A stretch of DNA of 64,000 nt from contig NC_052174.1 of the NCBI RefSeq assembly GCF_902713615.1, positions 11,154,514 through 11,218,513 on the forward strand. Reading direction: 5' to 3'. The stretch's first letter is position 1. Each line of letters opens with the position of its first letter. This document shows positions 1 to 12,081 of the stretch, piece after piece. The notes under the pieces were generated by a model, which was not told the DNA's origin, did no database searches, and worked only from the letters and a program-made list of their open reading frames with translations. A program made the translations under genes and the position numbers. The stretch is from Scyliorhinus canicula. Taxonomy: Eukaryota.

Positions 1-1489
1 ATTTCTCCCTGGGCCCTCAGACATTGGGCGTGGTATTCACAAGAATCAGAACATAGGAATTAGCAGTACTGACAGGCCATTCAGCCCTCTGAGCCTGCCC
101 CGCCATACAGTACGGTCATGGCTGACCCTGACTGTAGCCTCAGCTCCGTTTTCCTGTCTATCCCCAACACCTTCCCCCCCCCCCCCTTCGAATATCCCCC
201 TCCTCGCCCCCCGCAAACCTCGCCACTCCACTGTTGGTCAAACATTTGTCCAACTTGGCCTTTGATATATTCGATGACCCTCTTAGAGGGGGGAGGGGCG
301 TGAGCAGTGGGGGAGGGGGGGGGAGAATACCAAAGCCCCTCGTAGAGGAGATGTTCTCCGCCCTAGAAGAGTGACCCCTCACACCGAAACCGTGACCCCG
401 AATGTGAATGAGACCCCCCCACCTCTATAATCCCGCCCCTCTATCCGTCCGGCTCCACAATCGCTCGGCAAATGTAAGGAGGCGGAAATTTGTTTTGATG
501 GGGTAAACAAACGGTGTTGTTAAGCAGAAAAACACAAATTTAACATCGCTGGAAAAACAGGCCGATGAGGAGAGATTTGTTTGTGCCGAGCTGTTGGGAT
601 ATGGAAGGCGGAGCCTTAGACGGGCGGTTCGAAATCCGAAAATGGACGGACGCCGGAAAGTCAAAACCAGCGCCACAGCTTCTGGGGAAGGCGGCGGGGG
701 GGGGGAGGGGAGGGGGTTGGTGTTGGCAGAAAGCCTTTTCAGAGAGCTAGTAGAGGAATGAAGGGCTGACTGGGCCACGCATTCTGCTGAATCACTCAAC
801 GTTGAGCTAACACCCCCACCCCCCCCCTGCGAAACAATCACGCACCTGCACACAAGGCTGTGTTTGTGATCTCGCAGAGAGATATTTTTAAACTCTGTTT
901 TCGAAGCCACACATCACTGAGAGTTTATTGTTCCAGCCAGATGCCCCCCAGGCAAATTCCTGATGCTCTTTCTTCCGGAAGTCTCTATTGGGTATATTAA
1001 TGCCTGCCTCACGGTTCTAGTTTCGACACAGTGAGTGCTGACTTCATGAGGAGGCAAAGAACAAAGAACAAAGAAAATTACAGCACAGGAACAGGCCCTT
1101 CGGCCCTCCCAGCCTGCGCCAATCAGATCCTTTATCTAAACCTGTCGCCTATTTTCCAAGGTCTACTTCCCTCTGTTGCCGCCCGTTCATATATCTGTCC
1201 AGATGCCTCTTAAATGATGCTATCGTGCCCACCTCTACCACCTCCGCTGGCAAAGCGTTCCAGGCACCCACCACCCTCTGTGTACAAAATCAGGGCAGAA
1301 TGTATCTTCGGCCAGGTGTTTAAACTCGCCCGCCCTTCGGGAGAATGGGGGTGACCGGGCCTACGGAACCTTCCGGAATTTCTAACCCCCTTTGAAATCC
1401 GTACGGAGCCAGTTCGAGCCTGGGGGTCGCATTCGGGCCCCGGGTCGCATTCCCATTCCAGAGCTTCACATCTAGCTGACATTCCCAGT

Positions 1490-1835
1490 CTACCAGGCGA
1501 CTAATATCGGGAATGTTTTACGAGGGAACACTGGATAGGCGGGGCTTATACCCGCTGGAGTTCGGAAGAGTGAGAGACGACTTGATCGAAACCTTTAAGA
1601 TCCTGAGGTGGGGGGGGGATGTGGAGAGGATGTTTCCTCTTGTGGGAGAATTCAGAACCGGGGGGGGAGGGGGGGGGGGGGGGGATCACAGTTTAAAAAT
1701 AAGGGGGTGGCCCCTTTAAGACGGCGATGAGGAGAAATATTTTCTCTCAGACGGGGGAGAGTCTCTTCCTCAAAAGGCGGCGGAAAAGAATCTTGAAATA
1801 TTTTTAAGACAGAGGTGGATAGATTCTTAGTAAAC
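1490..1835 (+). mobile_element. CR1 3' fragment
   Basis: YEGTLDRRGLYPLEFGRVRDDLIETFKIL. Confidence 0.75.
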
Positions 1836-3469
1836 AAGGGGGAGGGGGATGAGCACAGGGTGCTCCGTGATCTGACCAATGCGCGGTACAGTTATAACAG
1901 GATTTCCCTACTTTCCTGCTCCATTCACCTTGCAAGCAATGCCAACATTTCCCACAATCCCCACAGTGCAGAAGGAGAGCATTTGGCCCATGGACCCTCT
2001 GAAAGATACACCCTACCTATGCCCATTCCCCCGCCCTATCCCCGTAGCCCAACCTAACCTTTTGGACACTAAGGGGCAATCTAGCACGGCCAATCCACCC
2101 TAATCTCCGCATCTTTGGGCTGTGGGAGGAAACCGGAGCACCCGGAGGAAACCCACGCAGACACGGGGGGAGAGAAGGTGCAAACTCCATACAGACAGTC
2201 ACCCGAGGCTGGAATCGAACCTGGGACCCTGGCTCCGTGAGGCAGCAGTGCCAACCCACTGTGCCACCGTGCCGCCCTTTCACGTGCCTTCCTAATTCCT
2301 TGCTGCGCCTGCCTGCTGACCTCTTGCGGTTGGTGTACCTGGGCCACTCGGACCCCTCTGTACCGCATTCTCTCTGGTCTTTCTCCATGTCAATAATGTT
2401 CCTCCTTTTTCTGATGTTCCTGCCAGAGAGGACAGCCTCAACATTACTGAAATGGAGAAAGACCAGAGAGAACTGCAGGGGTCATTGGGGATAGGGCGGG
2501 GGGGGGGAGTGGGAGCGAGGCAAGGTGCTCTTTCAGAGATTTTGGTGCAGACTCGATGGGCCGAATGGCCTGCTTCTGCACTGTAGGAATTCAGTGGTTC
2601 TATTTAGTCAGAGTGCAGTCAGGCCCGTCACAGGTTGTGAAAAGCCGAGGCCTCGACACTGATCCCTGTGAGACCCTGTAGTTGCACTTTGCAAACCTTC
2701 GTTCCTCACTCGCTGTCGACTTGCAGGAACAGAAGCCCAAACCTTCCTTTTCTTCTCCTGGGTGCTGTAGCCTCCCCTTAAAGACTCGCCGTGGCCCGAA
2801 CAAAGGTGACAAAGAGGACTAGGGTGGGCTGCGTGGTGATATCCCGACTTCCGGGCCTTGAGTGAAAGGCCCTGAGCGAAGATTCCTTGCCTGCCTCCAT
2901 CCCCCTATTCCAGGTTCTCGAAACATTCCACGGCTGGTTTGGTGGGGGGGGGGGGGGGGGGGGCTGGGAACCCGTTTTGCCATCGCAGCTTCGGAGTAGA
3001 GGCTTTGGGGCCTGGTCCCTTTGGCATTTTAGGCCTGCGTGCAAAGGGCCCCATTAGCCTGCCTCAAGTTGAAAAAGAAAAACACGCAAGCAGGAAGGCA
3101 GCAGGAATTTCCTTCCCACCTAGGTCCCCTGGGGCGGGTGGCCATTTGGACCATCGTACCGATGCTGGCCCTTTGAAAGAAGTATCCCATTCCACCCTGT
3201 TGCCAATCGGTACACACCCGGGCATTTGTCCAGCACCCTTTTCTGGGTGAACTAGCTGAGGCAGCACTTTCTGGCTTGGCACAATCCATCAAAACAGCTT
3301 TCTGCATCGACACAACATTACGCTTTTTGCACCTGTTTTGATAATTATCTTCAATCGACCTCCGCTTGTTATTGACACACCCGTCACTGAAAACAATTTT
3401 TCTTCATTTACTCTCTCAAAAACACTTCATTAATTTGAACACAGGTGATTGAATCGCCCCATCTGAAGC

Positions 3470-4598
3470 ATTTAATGGGGACAGTGCAGAGAGAGCTTTA
3501 CTCTGTATCTAACCCCGTGCTGTACCTGTCCTGGGAGTGTTTGATGGGGACAGTGTAGAGGGAGCTTTACTCTGTATCCAACCCCCTGCTGTATCTGTCC
3601 TGGGAGTGTTTGATGAGGACAGTGTAGAGGGAGCTTTACTCTGTATCTAACCCCGTGCTGTACCTGTCCTGGGAGTGTTTGATGGGGACAGTGTAGAGGG
3701 AGCTTTACTCTGTATCTAACCCCGTGCTGTACCTGTCCTGGGAGTGTTTGATGGGGACAGTGTAGAGGGAGCTTTACTCTGTATCTAACCCTGTGCTGTA
3801 CCTGTCCTGGGAGTGTTTGATGGGGACAGTGTAGAGGGAGCTTTACTCTGTATCTAACCCCGTGCTGTACCTGTCCTGGGAGTATTTGATGGGGACAGTG
3901 TAGAGGGAGCTTTACTCTGTATCTAACCCCGTGCTGTACCTGCCCTGAGAGTGTTTGATGGGGACAGTATAGAGGGAGCTTTACTCTGTATCTAACCCCG
4001 TGCTGTACCTGTCCTGGGAGTGTTTGATGAGGACAGTGTAGAGAGAGCTTTACTCTGTATCTAACCCCGTGCTGTACCTGTCTTGGGAGTGTTTGATGGG
4101 GACAGTGTAGAGGGAGCTTTACTCTGTATCTAACCCCGTGCTGTACCTGTCCTGATAGTGTTTGATGGGGACAGTGTAGAGGGAGCTTTACTCTGTATCT
4201 AACCCCGTGCTGTACCTGTCCTGGGAGTGTTTGATGGGGACAGTGTAGAGGGAGCTTTACTCTGTATCTAACCCCGTGCTCTACCTGTCCTGGGAGTGTT
4301 TGATGGGGACAGTGTAGAGGGAGCTTTACTCTGTATCTAACCCCGTGCTGTACCTGTCCTGAGAGTGTTTGATGGGGACAGTGTAGAGGGAGCTTTACTC
4401 TGTATCTAACCCCGTGCTGTCCCTGTCCTGGGAGTGTTTGATGGGGACAGTGCAGAGGAAGCTTTACTCTGTATCTAACTCCGTGCTGTACCTGTCCTGG
4501 GAGTGTTTGATGGAGACAGTGCAGAGAGAGCTTTACTCTGTATCTAACCCCGTGCTGTGCCTGTCCTGGGAGTGTTTGATGGGGACAGTGTGGAGGGA
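3470..4598 (+). repeat. 69-bp minisatellite, ~16 copies
   Basis: Unit ggggacagtgtagagggagctttactctgtatctaaccccgtgctgtacctgtcctgggagtgtttgat; period checked at 3546/3615/3684. Confidence 0.95.
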
Positions 4599-5029
4599 GC
4601 TAATGAGATTATGAGTGGGTGCAATGAGGGAGTAAATAATGTGAATGAAGAAAATCTGATAAAAATAACAAAAAGTTGGAAAAAGCTGGCAAGTTTGTCA
4701 CTATCTGTGGAGAGATACCGAGTTAATCTTCGAGCCCATGTGACTCTCCGTCAGAGTTGGAGATGATCCATTCTGATTTCCAACACAACATGGTCTATCT
4801 CCACAAATGTTCCCAAATGAAGTACGGAAGCATTATATTCCATTAAGTCACACTCTTGGTGCCACAACTTGCTCCGAGAATAATATTTAAATATTTCCAT
4901 GATGTGGTAACGAGATGCAGGAAGTTAAACCATGTTTATTTCCTCATTCAATCTGACTGAAACTGAACATTCAATGCCAAGGATTGGGCACACCCATTTC
5001 AGCAATTTCCCTCACTGCTGTTGCCCTGT

Positions 5030-8000
5030 GTGTTAGTATGTGTGAGTGTGTGTGTTAGTGTGTTCATGTGTCAGTGTGTGTGTGTTAGTGTGTCAGTGTG
5101 TGTATGTTAGTGTGTGTGTTAATGTGTTTGTGTGTCAGTGTGTGTATGTTAGTGTGTGTGTTAGTGTGTTTGTGTATCAGTGTTTGAGTGTGTGCGAGAA
5201 TGTGTTGTGTGTGCGAGAGTGTCTGTTCATGTATGTGAGTGTATGAGGGAGCTTTTTAGTGTGTGCTAGTGTGTGTGTGAGAGAGAGAGAGTGTGTGTTA
5301 GTGTGTGTGTGTCAGACAGTGGGTTAGTGTGTGTGAGAGTTGGTGTGTTATGTGTGTGAGAGAGTGTATTAGTGTGTGTGTGAGAGAGTATGTGTTAGAG
5401 TGTGTTTGTGAGAGTGTTAGTGTGTGTGTGAGAATGTTTTAATGTGTGTTAGTGTGTGTGGGTTAGTGTATTTGTGTGAGAGTGTGTTAATGTGTTTGTG
5501 AGACAGTGTGTTAGTGTGTGTGAGTGTGTTAGTGTGCGTGAGAGAGTGTGTTTGTGTGTGTGAGAGTGTGTGAGTGTTAGTGTGTGTGAGAGAATGTGTG
5601 AATGTGTGTGTGTGAGAGTGTGTTAATGTGTGTGAGAGAGTGTGTTTGTCTGTTTGTATGAGAGTGTGTTACTGTGTGTGTGTGTGAATGTAAGTTTTTG
5701 TCTGTGTGTGGGTGTTAGTGTATGTGTATGTGTGTGTGTATTAGTGTCTGTAAAACACTTAGTGTTTGTGTGAGGGAGAGTGTATTAATGTGTGTTTGTG
5801 TGTGTGAATGAGTCAGTGTGTGAGGGAGCATATTAGTGTGTTTGTGTGAGTATGTGTTAGTCTGTGTGTGTGAGAGACCGTGTGTGAGAGAGTGTATTAG
5901 TATGCATGTGTGTGTGAGCGTGTGTTAGTGTGTGTGTGAGCATGTGTTAGTGTGTGTGAGTGTGTGTTAGTATGTATGTGTGTGAAAGTGTGTGAGAAAG
6001 TGTTAATGTTTGAGTGCGTGTGAGAGTGTGTTAGTGCATGTGTGAGTATGTGCATATGTGTGTGAGAAAGTATGTTAGAGTGTCCAAGAGTGTGTTAGTG
6101 CGGGTGTGAGAGGGTGTTAGTGTGTGTGAGAAAGTGTTTTAGTATATAAGTGTGTGTGATAGAGTGTGTTAGTGTGTGAGAGAGAGTGCTAGAGTGCGAG
6201 TGCGTGTGAGAGTTTGTTAGTATGTGTGAGAGAGTGTATTACGTGTCAGAGAGCATGCTAGTACATGTGTGAGAGTGTGTGTGAGAGTGTTAGTGTGTGA
6301 ATGCTTGTTAGTGTTTGTTTGAGAGTGTGTTAGTGTGTGTGAGAGAGTGTGTTAGTGTATGAGAAAGTGTGTTAGTGTGTGTGAGAGAGTGTGTTAGTGC
6401 ATGTGAGAGTGTGTTAGTGTGTGTGAGAGAGTGTGTTAGTGTGTGTGAGATTGTATTAGTGTGTGAGTGGGCAGCACGGTAGCATGGTGGTTAGCATAAA
6501 TGCTTCACAGCTCCAGGGTCCCAGGTTCGATTCCCGGCTGGGTCACTCTCTGTGTGGAGTCTGCACGTCCTCCCCGTGTGTGCGTGGGTTTCCTCCGGGT
6601 GCTCCGGTTTCCTCCCACAGTCCAAAGATGTGCGGGTTAGGTGGATTGGCCATGCTAAATTGCCCGTAGTGTCCTAAAAAAGTAAGGTTAAGGGGGGGTT
6701 GTTGGGTTACGGGTATAGGGTGGATACGTGGGTTTGAGTAGGGTGATCATTGCTCGGCACAACATCGAGGGCCGAAGGGCCTGTTCTGTGCTGTACTGTT
6801 CTATGTTCTATGTGAGTGTGTGTGTTAGTGTCTGTGAGTATTACTGTTTGTGTGTGTGTTTATGTATGTATATAATTTGATTGTATGAGTAAGTGTGAAT
6901 GTGGTTGTGTCTTTGGGTGTGGGATTACGTATGTGAGTGTACAAGTGTGTATGTGAGTGTTATTGTGTGTGTGACAGTTTGAGTCTATGTGCACACAAGC
7001 GTGTATTTAAGTGTATGTGTAAATGTGAGTGGGTGTGACTGTGAGTGTATATGTGAATAATAATAATCTTTATGCAATGAAGTTACTGTGAAAATCCCCT
7101 AGTCGCCACATTCCGGCGCCTGTTCGGGTACACAGAGGGAGAATTCAGAATGTCCAATTCACCTAACAGCACGTCTTTCGGGACTTGTGGGAGGAAACCG
7201 GAGCACCCGGAGGAAACCCACGCAGACACGGGGAGAAGATGCAGACTCCACACAGACAGCGACCCAAGCCGGGAATCGAACCCGGGACCTTGGAGCTGTG
7301 AAGCCACAGTGCTACCGTGCTGCCCAAATGTGAGGGTATATGTGGATGTGATGTATATGTGGATGTGAGTGNNNNNNNNNNNNNNNNNNNNNNNNNNNNN
7401 NNNNNNNNNNNNNNNNNNNNNNNNNNNNNNNNNNNNNNNNNNNNNNNNNNNNNNNNNNNNNNNNNNNNNNNNNNNNNNNNNNNNNNNNNNNNNNNNNNNN
7501 NNNNNNNNNNNNNNNNNNNNNNNNNNNNNNNNNNNNNNNNNNNNNNNNNNNNNNNNNNNNNNNNNNNNNNNNNNNNNNNNNNNNNNNNNNNNNNNNNNNN
7601 NNNNNNNNNNNNATGTGTGTATATGTGAGTGTGAGTGTGTGAGTGTGAGTGTGTATATGTGAGTGTGAATGTGTGTATATGTGAGTGTGAATGTGTGTAT
7701 ATGTGAGTGTGAATGTGTGTATATGTGAATGTGTGTATATGTGAGTGTGAGTGTGTATATGTGAATGTGAATGTGTGTATATGTGAGTGTGAATGTGTGT
7801 ATATGTGAATGTGAATGTGTGTATATGTGAGTGTGAGTGTGTATATGTGAGCGTGAATGTGTGTATATGTGAGTGTGAATGTGTGTGTGTGAGTGTGAAT
7901 GTGTGTATATGTGAGTGTGAATGTGTGTATATGTGAGCGTGAATGTGTGTATTGAGTGTGAATGTGTGTATATGTGAGTGTGAGTGTGTGTGTACGAGTG

Positions 8001-8178
8001 TGAGTGTGTATATGTGAGTGTGAGTGTGTGTATATGTGAGTGTGAATGTGTGTATATGTGAGTGTGAGTGTGTATATGTAAGTGTGAGTGTGTGTATATG
8101 TGAGTGTGAATATGTGTATATGTGAGTGTGAGTGTGTATATGTGAGTGTGAGTGTGTATATGTGAGTGTGAATGTGTT
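5030..8178 (+). repeat. Degenerate (GT)n-type microsatellite field interrupted by SINEs and a gap
   Basis: gtgtgttagt and gtgtatatgtgagt variants; N 7372-7612. Confidence 0.9.
6467..6812 (+). mobile_element. HE1/V-SINE-type tRNA-derived SINE (representative full copy)
   Basis: tRNA-like head with A and B boxes (tggttagcat, ggttcgattcc), V-domain core gggtttcctccgggtgctccggtttcctccc, CR1-like tail ending (tgttcta)n. Further copies at ~2000-2275(-), 7058-7325(-), 14907-15130(+), 16232-16435(+), 18335-18830(+), 21297-21435(+), 25705-25910(-), 27010-27240(-), 38105-38640(+), 45895-46250(-), 47500-47810(-), 48843-49020(+), 54760-55060(-), 62770-62935(+), 63413-63730(+). Confidence 0.92.
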
Positions 8179-8285
8179 AAGGACAGACAGGGACTCGGCT
8201 GCAATTCCTCCGCAGCCCAATCCCCCCGGACCCTCACTGCGTCCAGGCAGCCACTTTGGGCTGGGCTGAGAGTCAGAGCTGTACA

Positions 8286-10272
8286 GGGGGAGGGGGGATT
8301 GAGGGAGCTGGGAGAGATGGGGGGGAGGGGGGATTGAGGGAGCTGGGAGAGGAGGCGGGGAGGGGGGGATTGAGGGAGCTGGGAGAGGAGGCGGGGAGGG
8401 GGAGGGGGGATTGAGGGAGCTGGGAGAGGAGGCGGGGAGGGGGGGATTGAGGGAGCTGGGAGAGGAGGCGGGGAGGGGGAGGGGGGATTGAGGGAGCTGG
8501 GAGAGGAGGCGGGGAGGGGGGAGGGGGGGGAGGGAGAGGAGGCGGGGAGGGGGGAGGCTGGGAGAGGAGGCGGGGAGGGGGGAGGGGCTGGGAGAGGAGG
8601 CGGGGAGGGGGATTGAGGGAGCTGGGGGAGGAGGCGGGGAGTGGGGGCTGGGAGAGGAGGCGGGGAGGGGGATTGAGGGAGCTGGGGGAGGAGGCGGGGA
8701 GTGGGGGCTGGGAGAGGAGGCGGGGAGGGGGGATTCAGGGAGCTGGGAGAGGAGGCGGGGAGGGGGGATTGAGGGAGCTGGGAGAGGAGGCGGGGAGGGG
8801 GGATTGAGGGAGCTGGGAGAGGAGGCGGGGAGGGGGGGATTGAGGGAGCTGGGAGAGGAGGCAGGGAGGGGGGAGGGGGGATTGAGGGAGCTGGGAGAGG
8901 AGGCGGGGAGGGGGGATTGAGGGAGCTGGGAGAGGAGGCGGGGAGGGGGGGATTGAGGGAGCTGGGAGAGGAGGCAGGGAGGGGGGAGGGGGGATTGAGG
9001 GAGCTGGGAGAGGAGGCGGGGAGGGGGGAGGGAGCTGGGAGAGGAGGCGGGGAGGGGGGATTGAGGGAGCTGGGGGAGGAGGCGGGGAGGGGGGATTGAG
9101 GGAGCTGGGAGAGGAGGCGAGGAGGGGGGATTGAGGAGGCAGGGAGAGGAGGCGGGGAGGGGGAAGGGGGGATTGAGGGAGCTGGGAGAGGAGGCGGGGA
9201 GGGGGGGGGCTGGGAGAGGAGGTGGGGAGGGGGGATTGAGGGAGCTGGGAGAGGAGGCGGGGAGGGGGAGGGGGGGAGTTGGGAGAGGAGGGGGGGAGGG
9301 GGGAGGCGGGAGTTGGGAGAGGAGGCGGGGAGGGGGGAGGGGGATTGAGGGAGCTGGGGAGGAGGCAGGGAGGGGGGGATTGAGGGAGCTGGGAGAGGAG
9401 GCGGGGAGGGGGGAGGGGGATTGAGGGAGCTGGAGGAGGAGGCAGGGAGGGGGGATTGAGGAAGCTGGGAGAGGAGACGGGGAGGGGGAGTGGGGAGGGG
9501 GGATTGAGGGAGCTGGGAGAGGAGGCGGGGAGGGGGGAGGTGGGGATTGAGGGAGCGGGGAGAGGAGGCAGGGAGGGGAGATTGAGGGAGCTGGGAGAGG
9601 AGGTGGGGAGGGGGGAGGGGGAGGGGGGAGGGAGAGGGGGAGGGGGAAGGGGGAGGGGGAAGGGGAGGGGGACTGGGAGGCAGGGAGGGGTGAGGGGGGG
9701 ATTGAGGGAGCTGGGAGAGGAGGCAGGGAGGAGTGGATTGAGGGAGCTGGGAGAAGCAGAGGGGAGTGGTTGGGAGGGGGAGGGGGAAGGGGAGGGGTGG
9801 GAGGCAGGGAGGGGGGAGTGGGGAAGGTGGGGAGAGGAGGGGGGAGGTGGGGAGGGGGCGAGGGGGATGCGGGGAGGGGGGAGTGGGGATGGCGGGGAGG
9901 GGGAGGGGGAGGGGGGAAGGGGGGGAAGGGAGGCGGGATGGGGGAGTGGGGAAGGCGGGGAGGGGGGAAGGGGGAGGAGGAGGGGGGAGGCGGGGAGGGG
10001 GAGTGGGAAGGGGAGGGGAGGCGGGGAGGGGGGAGTGGGGAAGGCGGGGAGGGGGGAGGGGGAAGGGGGAGGGGGAGGAGGAGGGGGGAGGCGGGGAGGG
10101 GGGAGGGGGGAGGGGAGGGGGAAGGGGGGAGGGGAGGTGGGGAGGGGGGAGTGGGGAAGGTGGGGGGAGGGGGAGGGGGAGGGGGGAGGCGGGGAGGGAG
10201 AAGGGGGGAGTGGGGAAGGCGGGGAGGGGGAGGAGGAGGGGGAGGCGGGGAGGGGGAAGGGGGGAGGCGGAG
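8286..10272 (+). repeat. G-rich polypurine tandem repeat (~34-bp unit grading into a G/A-only tract)
   Basis: Unit gggggggattgagggagctgggagaggaggcggggag. Lies directly 3' of the cornifelin-like exon donor. Confidence 0.92.
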
Positions 10273-10287
10273 AGAGTAGATACATAC

Positions 10288-10408
10288 AGATCCCGCAGTC
10301 TTCACAGCATTCAAAGATGCCGCTGTTCCAGCCTTTGGGCTGTGTGCTGATAATGGTGGTGGTGGTGGTCTGTGTTGGCTGGGCCATCACAACGATAGGG
10401 GCAGCCAT
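10288..10408 (-). CDS. Cornifelin/PLAC8-family gene, first coding exon
   Basis: MAAPIVVMAQPTQTTTTTIISTQPKGWNSGIFECCEDCGI(C), with the W-x-x-G/D-x-F-x-CC-x-D-x-G-I-C family motif. Acceptor (CT)n-cccag| at 10417, 8 nt upstream of the ATG; phase-1 donor T|GTATGT. Later exons not found in the window. Confidence 0.85.
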
Positions 10409-10418
10409 GCCTGATCCT

Positions 10419-10449
<31 letters not shown>

Positions 10450-10543
10450 TTGGTCAGTCAGGGCTGTGCTCACCCCTCCACCTAACTAACCTCAGTAAGG
10501 AGTCTGACAACACCAGGTTAAAGTCCAACAGGTTTGTTTTGAA

Positions 10544-10580
10544 TCACTAGCTTTCGGAGCACTGCTCCTTCCTCAGGTGA
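10544..10580 (-). ncRNA. Minimal hammerhead ribozyme motif in the inverted Penelope arm
   Basis: UCAC-CUGAGGA-A-GGAGC agu GCUCC-GAAA-GCU-A-GUGA on the minus strand; 4-bp helix I. Confidence 0.7.
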
Positions 10581-12045
10581 ATGAAGAGGTGGGTTCCACA
10601 AACACCTATATAGACAAAGTCAACGATGCCGGACGATACTTTGAATGCGAGGATTTTCAGGTAATTAACTCTTTACAGATCCAGAGAGAGGGGTAACCCC
10701 AGGTTAAAGGGGTGTGAATTGTCTCAAGCCAGGACAGTCGGTAGCATTTCGCAAGCCCAGGCCAGATGGTGGGGGGTGGATGTAATGCGACATGAATCCA
10801 AGATCCCGGTTGAGGCCGTACTCATGTGTGCGGAACCTGGCTATAAGTTTCTGCTCGGCGATTCTGCGTTGCCGCGCATCCTGAAGGCCGCCTTGGAGAA
10901 CGCTTACCCGGAGATCAGAGGCTGAATGCCCTTGACTGCTGAAGTGTTCCCCGACTGGAAGGGAACATTCCTGCCTGGCGATTGTCGCTCCAGCTTTCAC
11001 CCCAAACACATTAAAGAAGCCACCCCCTATGGACAAGCCCTCCGTATACACAGGATCTGCTCAGGCCAGGAGGAGCGTAACAGACACCTACAGATGCTGA
11101 AAGATGCTCTCGTACGAACGGGATATGGCGCTCGACTCATCGATCGAAAGTTCCAACGCGCCAGAGGAAAAAAACCACACCGACCTCCTCAGAAGACAAA
11201 CACGGGACACAAACGACAGAGTACCCTTCGTCGTCCAGTACTTTCCCGGAGCGGAGAAACTACAACATCTTCTTTGCAGCCTTCAACACATCGTCGATGA
11301 AGACGAACATCTTGCCAAGGTCATCCCCACACCCCCACTACTGGCCTTCAAACAACCGCGCAACCTCAAACAAACCATTGTTTGCAGCAAACTACCCAGC
11401 CTTCAGAACAGCGACCACGACACCACACAACCCTGCCAGGGCAATCTCTGCAAGACGTGCCAGATCGACACGGATACCACCATTACACATGGAAACACCA
11501 CCCACCAGGTACGCGGTACATACTCGTGCGACTCGGCCAACGTTGTCTACCTCATACGCTGCAGGAAAGGATGTCCCGAAGCGTGGTACATTGGCGAGAC
11601 CATGCAGACACTGCGACAACGGATGAACGGGCATCGTGCGACAATCACCAGGCAGGAATGTTCCCTTCCAGTCGGGGAACACTCCAGCAGTCAAGGGCAT
11701 TCAGCCTCTGATCTCCGGGTAAGCGCTCTCCAAGGCGGCCTTCAGGACGTGCGGCAACGCAGAATCGCCGAGCAGAAACTGATAGCCAGGTTCCGCACAC
11801 ATGAGTGCGGCCTCAACCGGGACCTGGGATTCATGTCGCATTACATTCACCCCCCACCATCTGGCCTGGGCTTGCGAAATCCTACCAACTGTCCTGGCTT
11901 GAGACAATTCACACCTCTTTAACCTGGTGTTACCCCTCTCCCTGGATCTGTAAAGACTTAATTACCTGCTAATGCTCACATTCAAAGTTCCGTCTGGCAT
12001 CTTTGACTTTGTCTATATAGGTGTTTGTGGAACCCACCTCTTCAT

Positions 12046-12081
12046 TCACCTGAGGAAGGAGCAGTGCTCCGAAAGCTCGTG
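12046..12081 (+). ncRNA. Minimal hammerhead ribozyme motif in the Penelope 3' terminus
   Basis: (U)CAC-CUGAGGA-A-GGAGC agu GCUCC-GAAA-GCU-C-GUG: conserved core, 5-bp helix II, palindromic AGCU helix III. Confidence 0.7.

Noticed and set aside
1027-1065. Perfect RSS heptamer CACAGTG
   Set aside because: No ACAAAAACC-like nonamer at the right spacing and no adjacent V/D/J segment; the A-rich sequence is a CR1 tail.
2600-3460. Missing downstream cornifelin exons or a novel exon (ORFs 3029-3313, 2600-2812)
   Set aside because: No LCG-x-F, ECC or LCQ-x-x-RE motifs in a usable open frame and no convincing splice pair. Remaining exons are probably in a gap or outside the window.
3470-4598. CRISPR-like regular array (also 30589-31550)
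   Set aside because: Units are contiguous with no unique spacers, and the context is vertebrate.
6467-6545. tRNA genes
   Set aside because: The tRNA-like A/B-box heads all continue into SINE core and tail; no complete cloverleaf gene was seen.
7312-10314. 1000-aa and 557-aa Pro-rich ORFs and overlapping Gly-rich ORFs
   Set aside because: Translations of the G-rich and GT simple repeats and an N gap. The real cornifelin-like exon ends at the donor at 10287.
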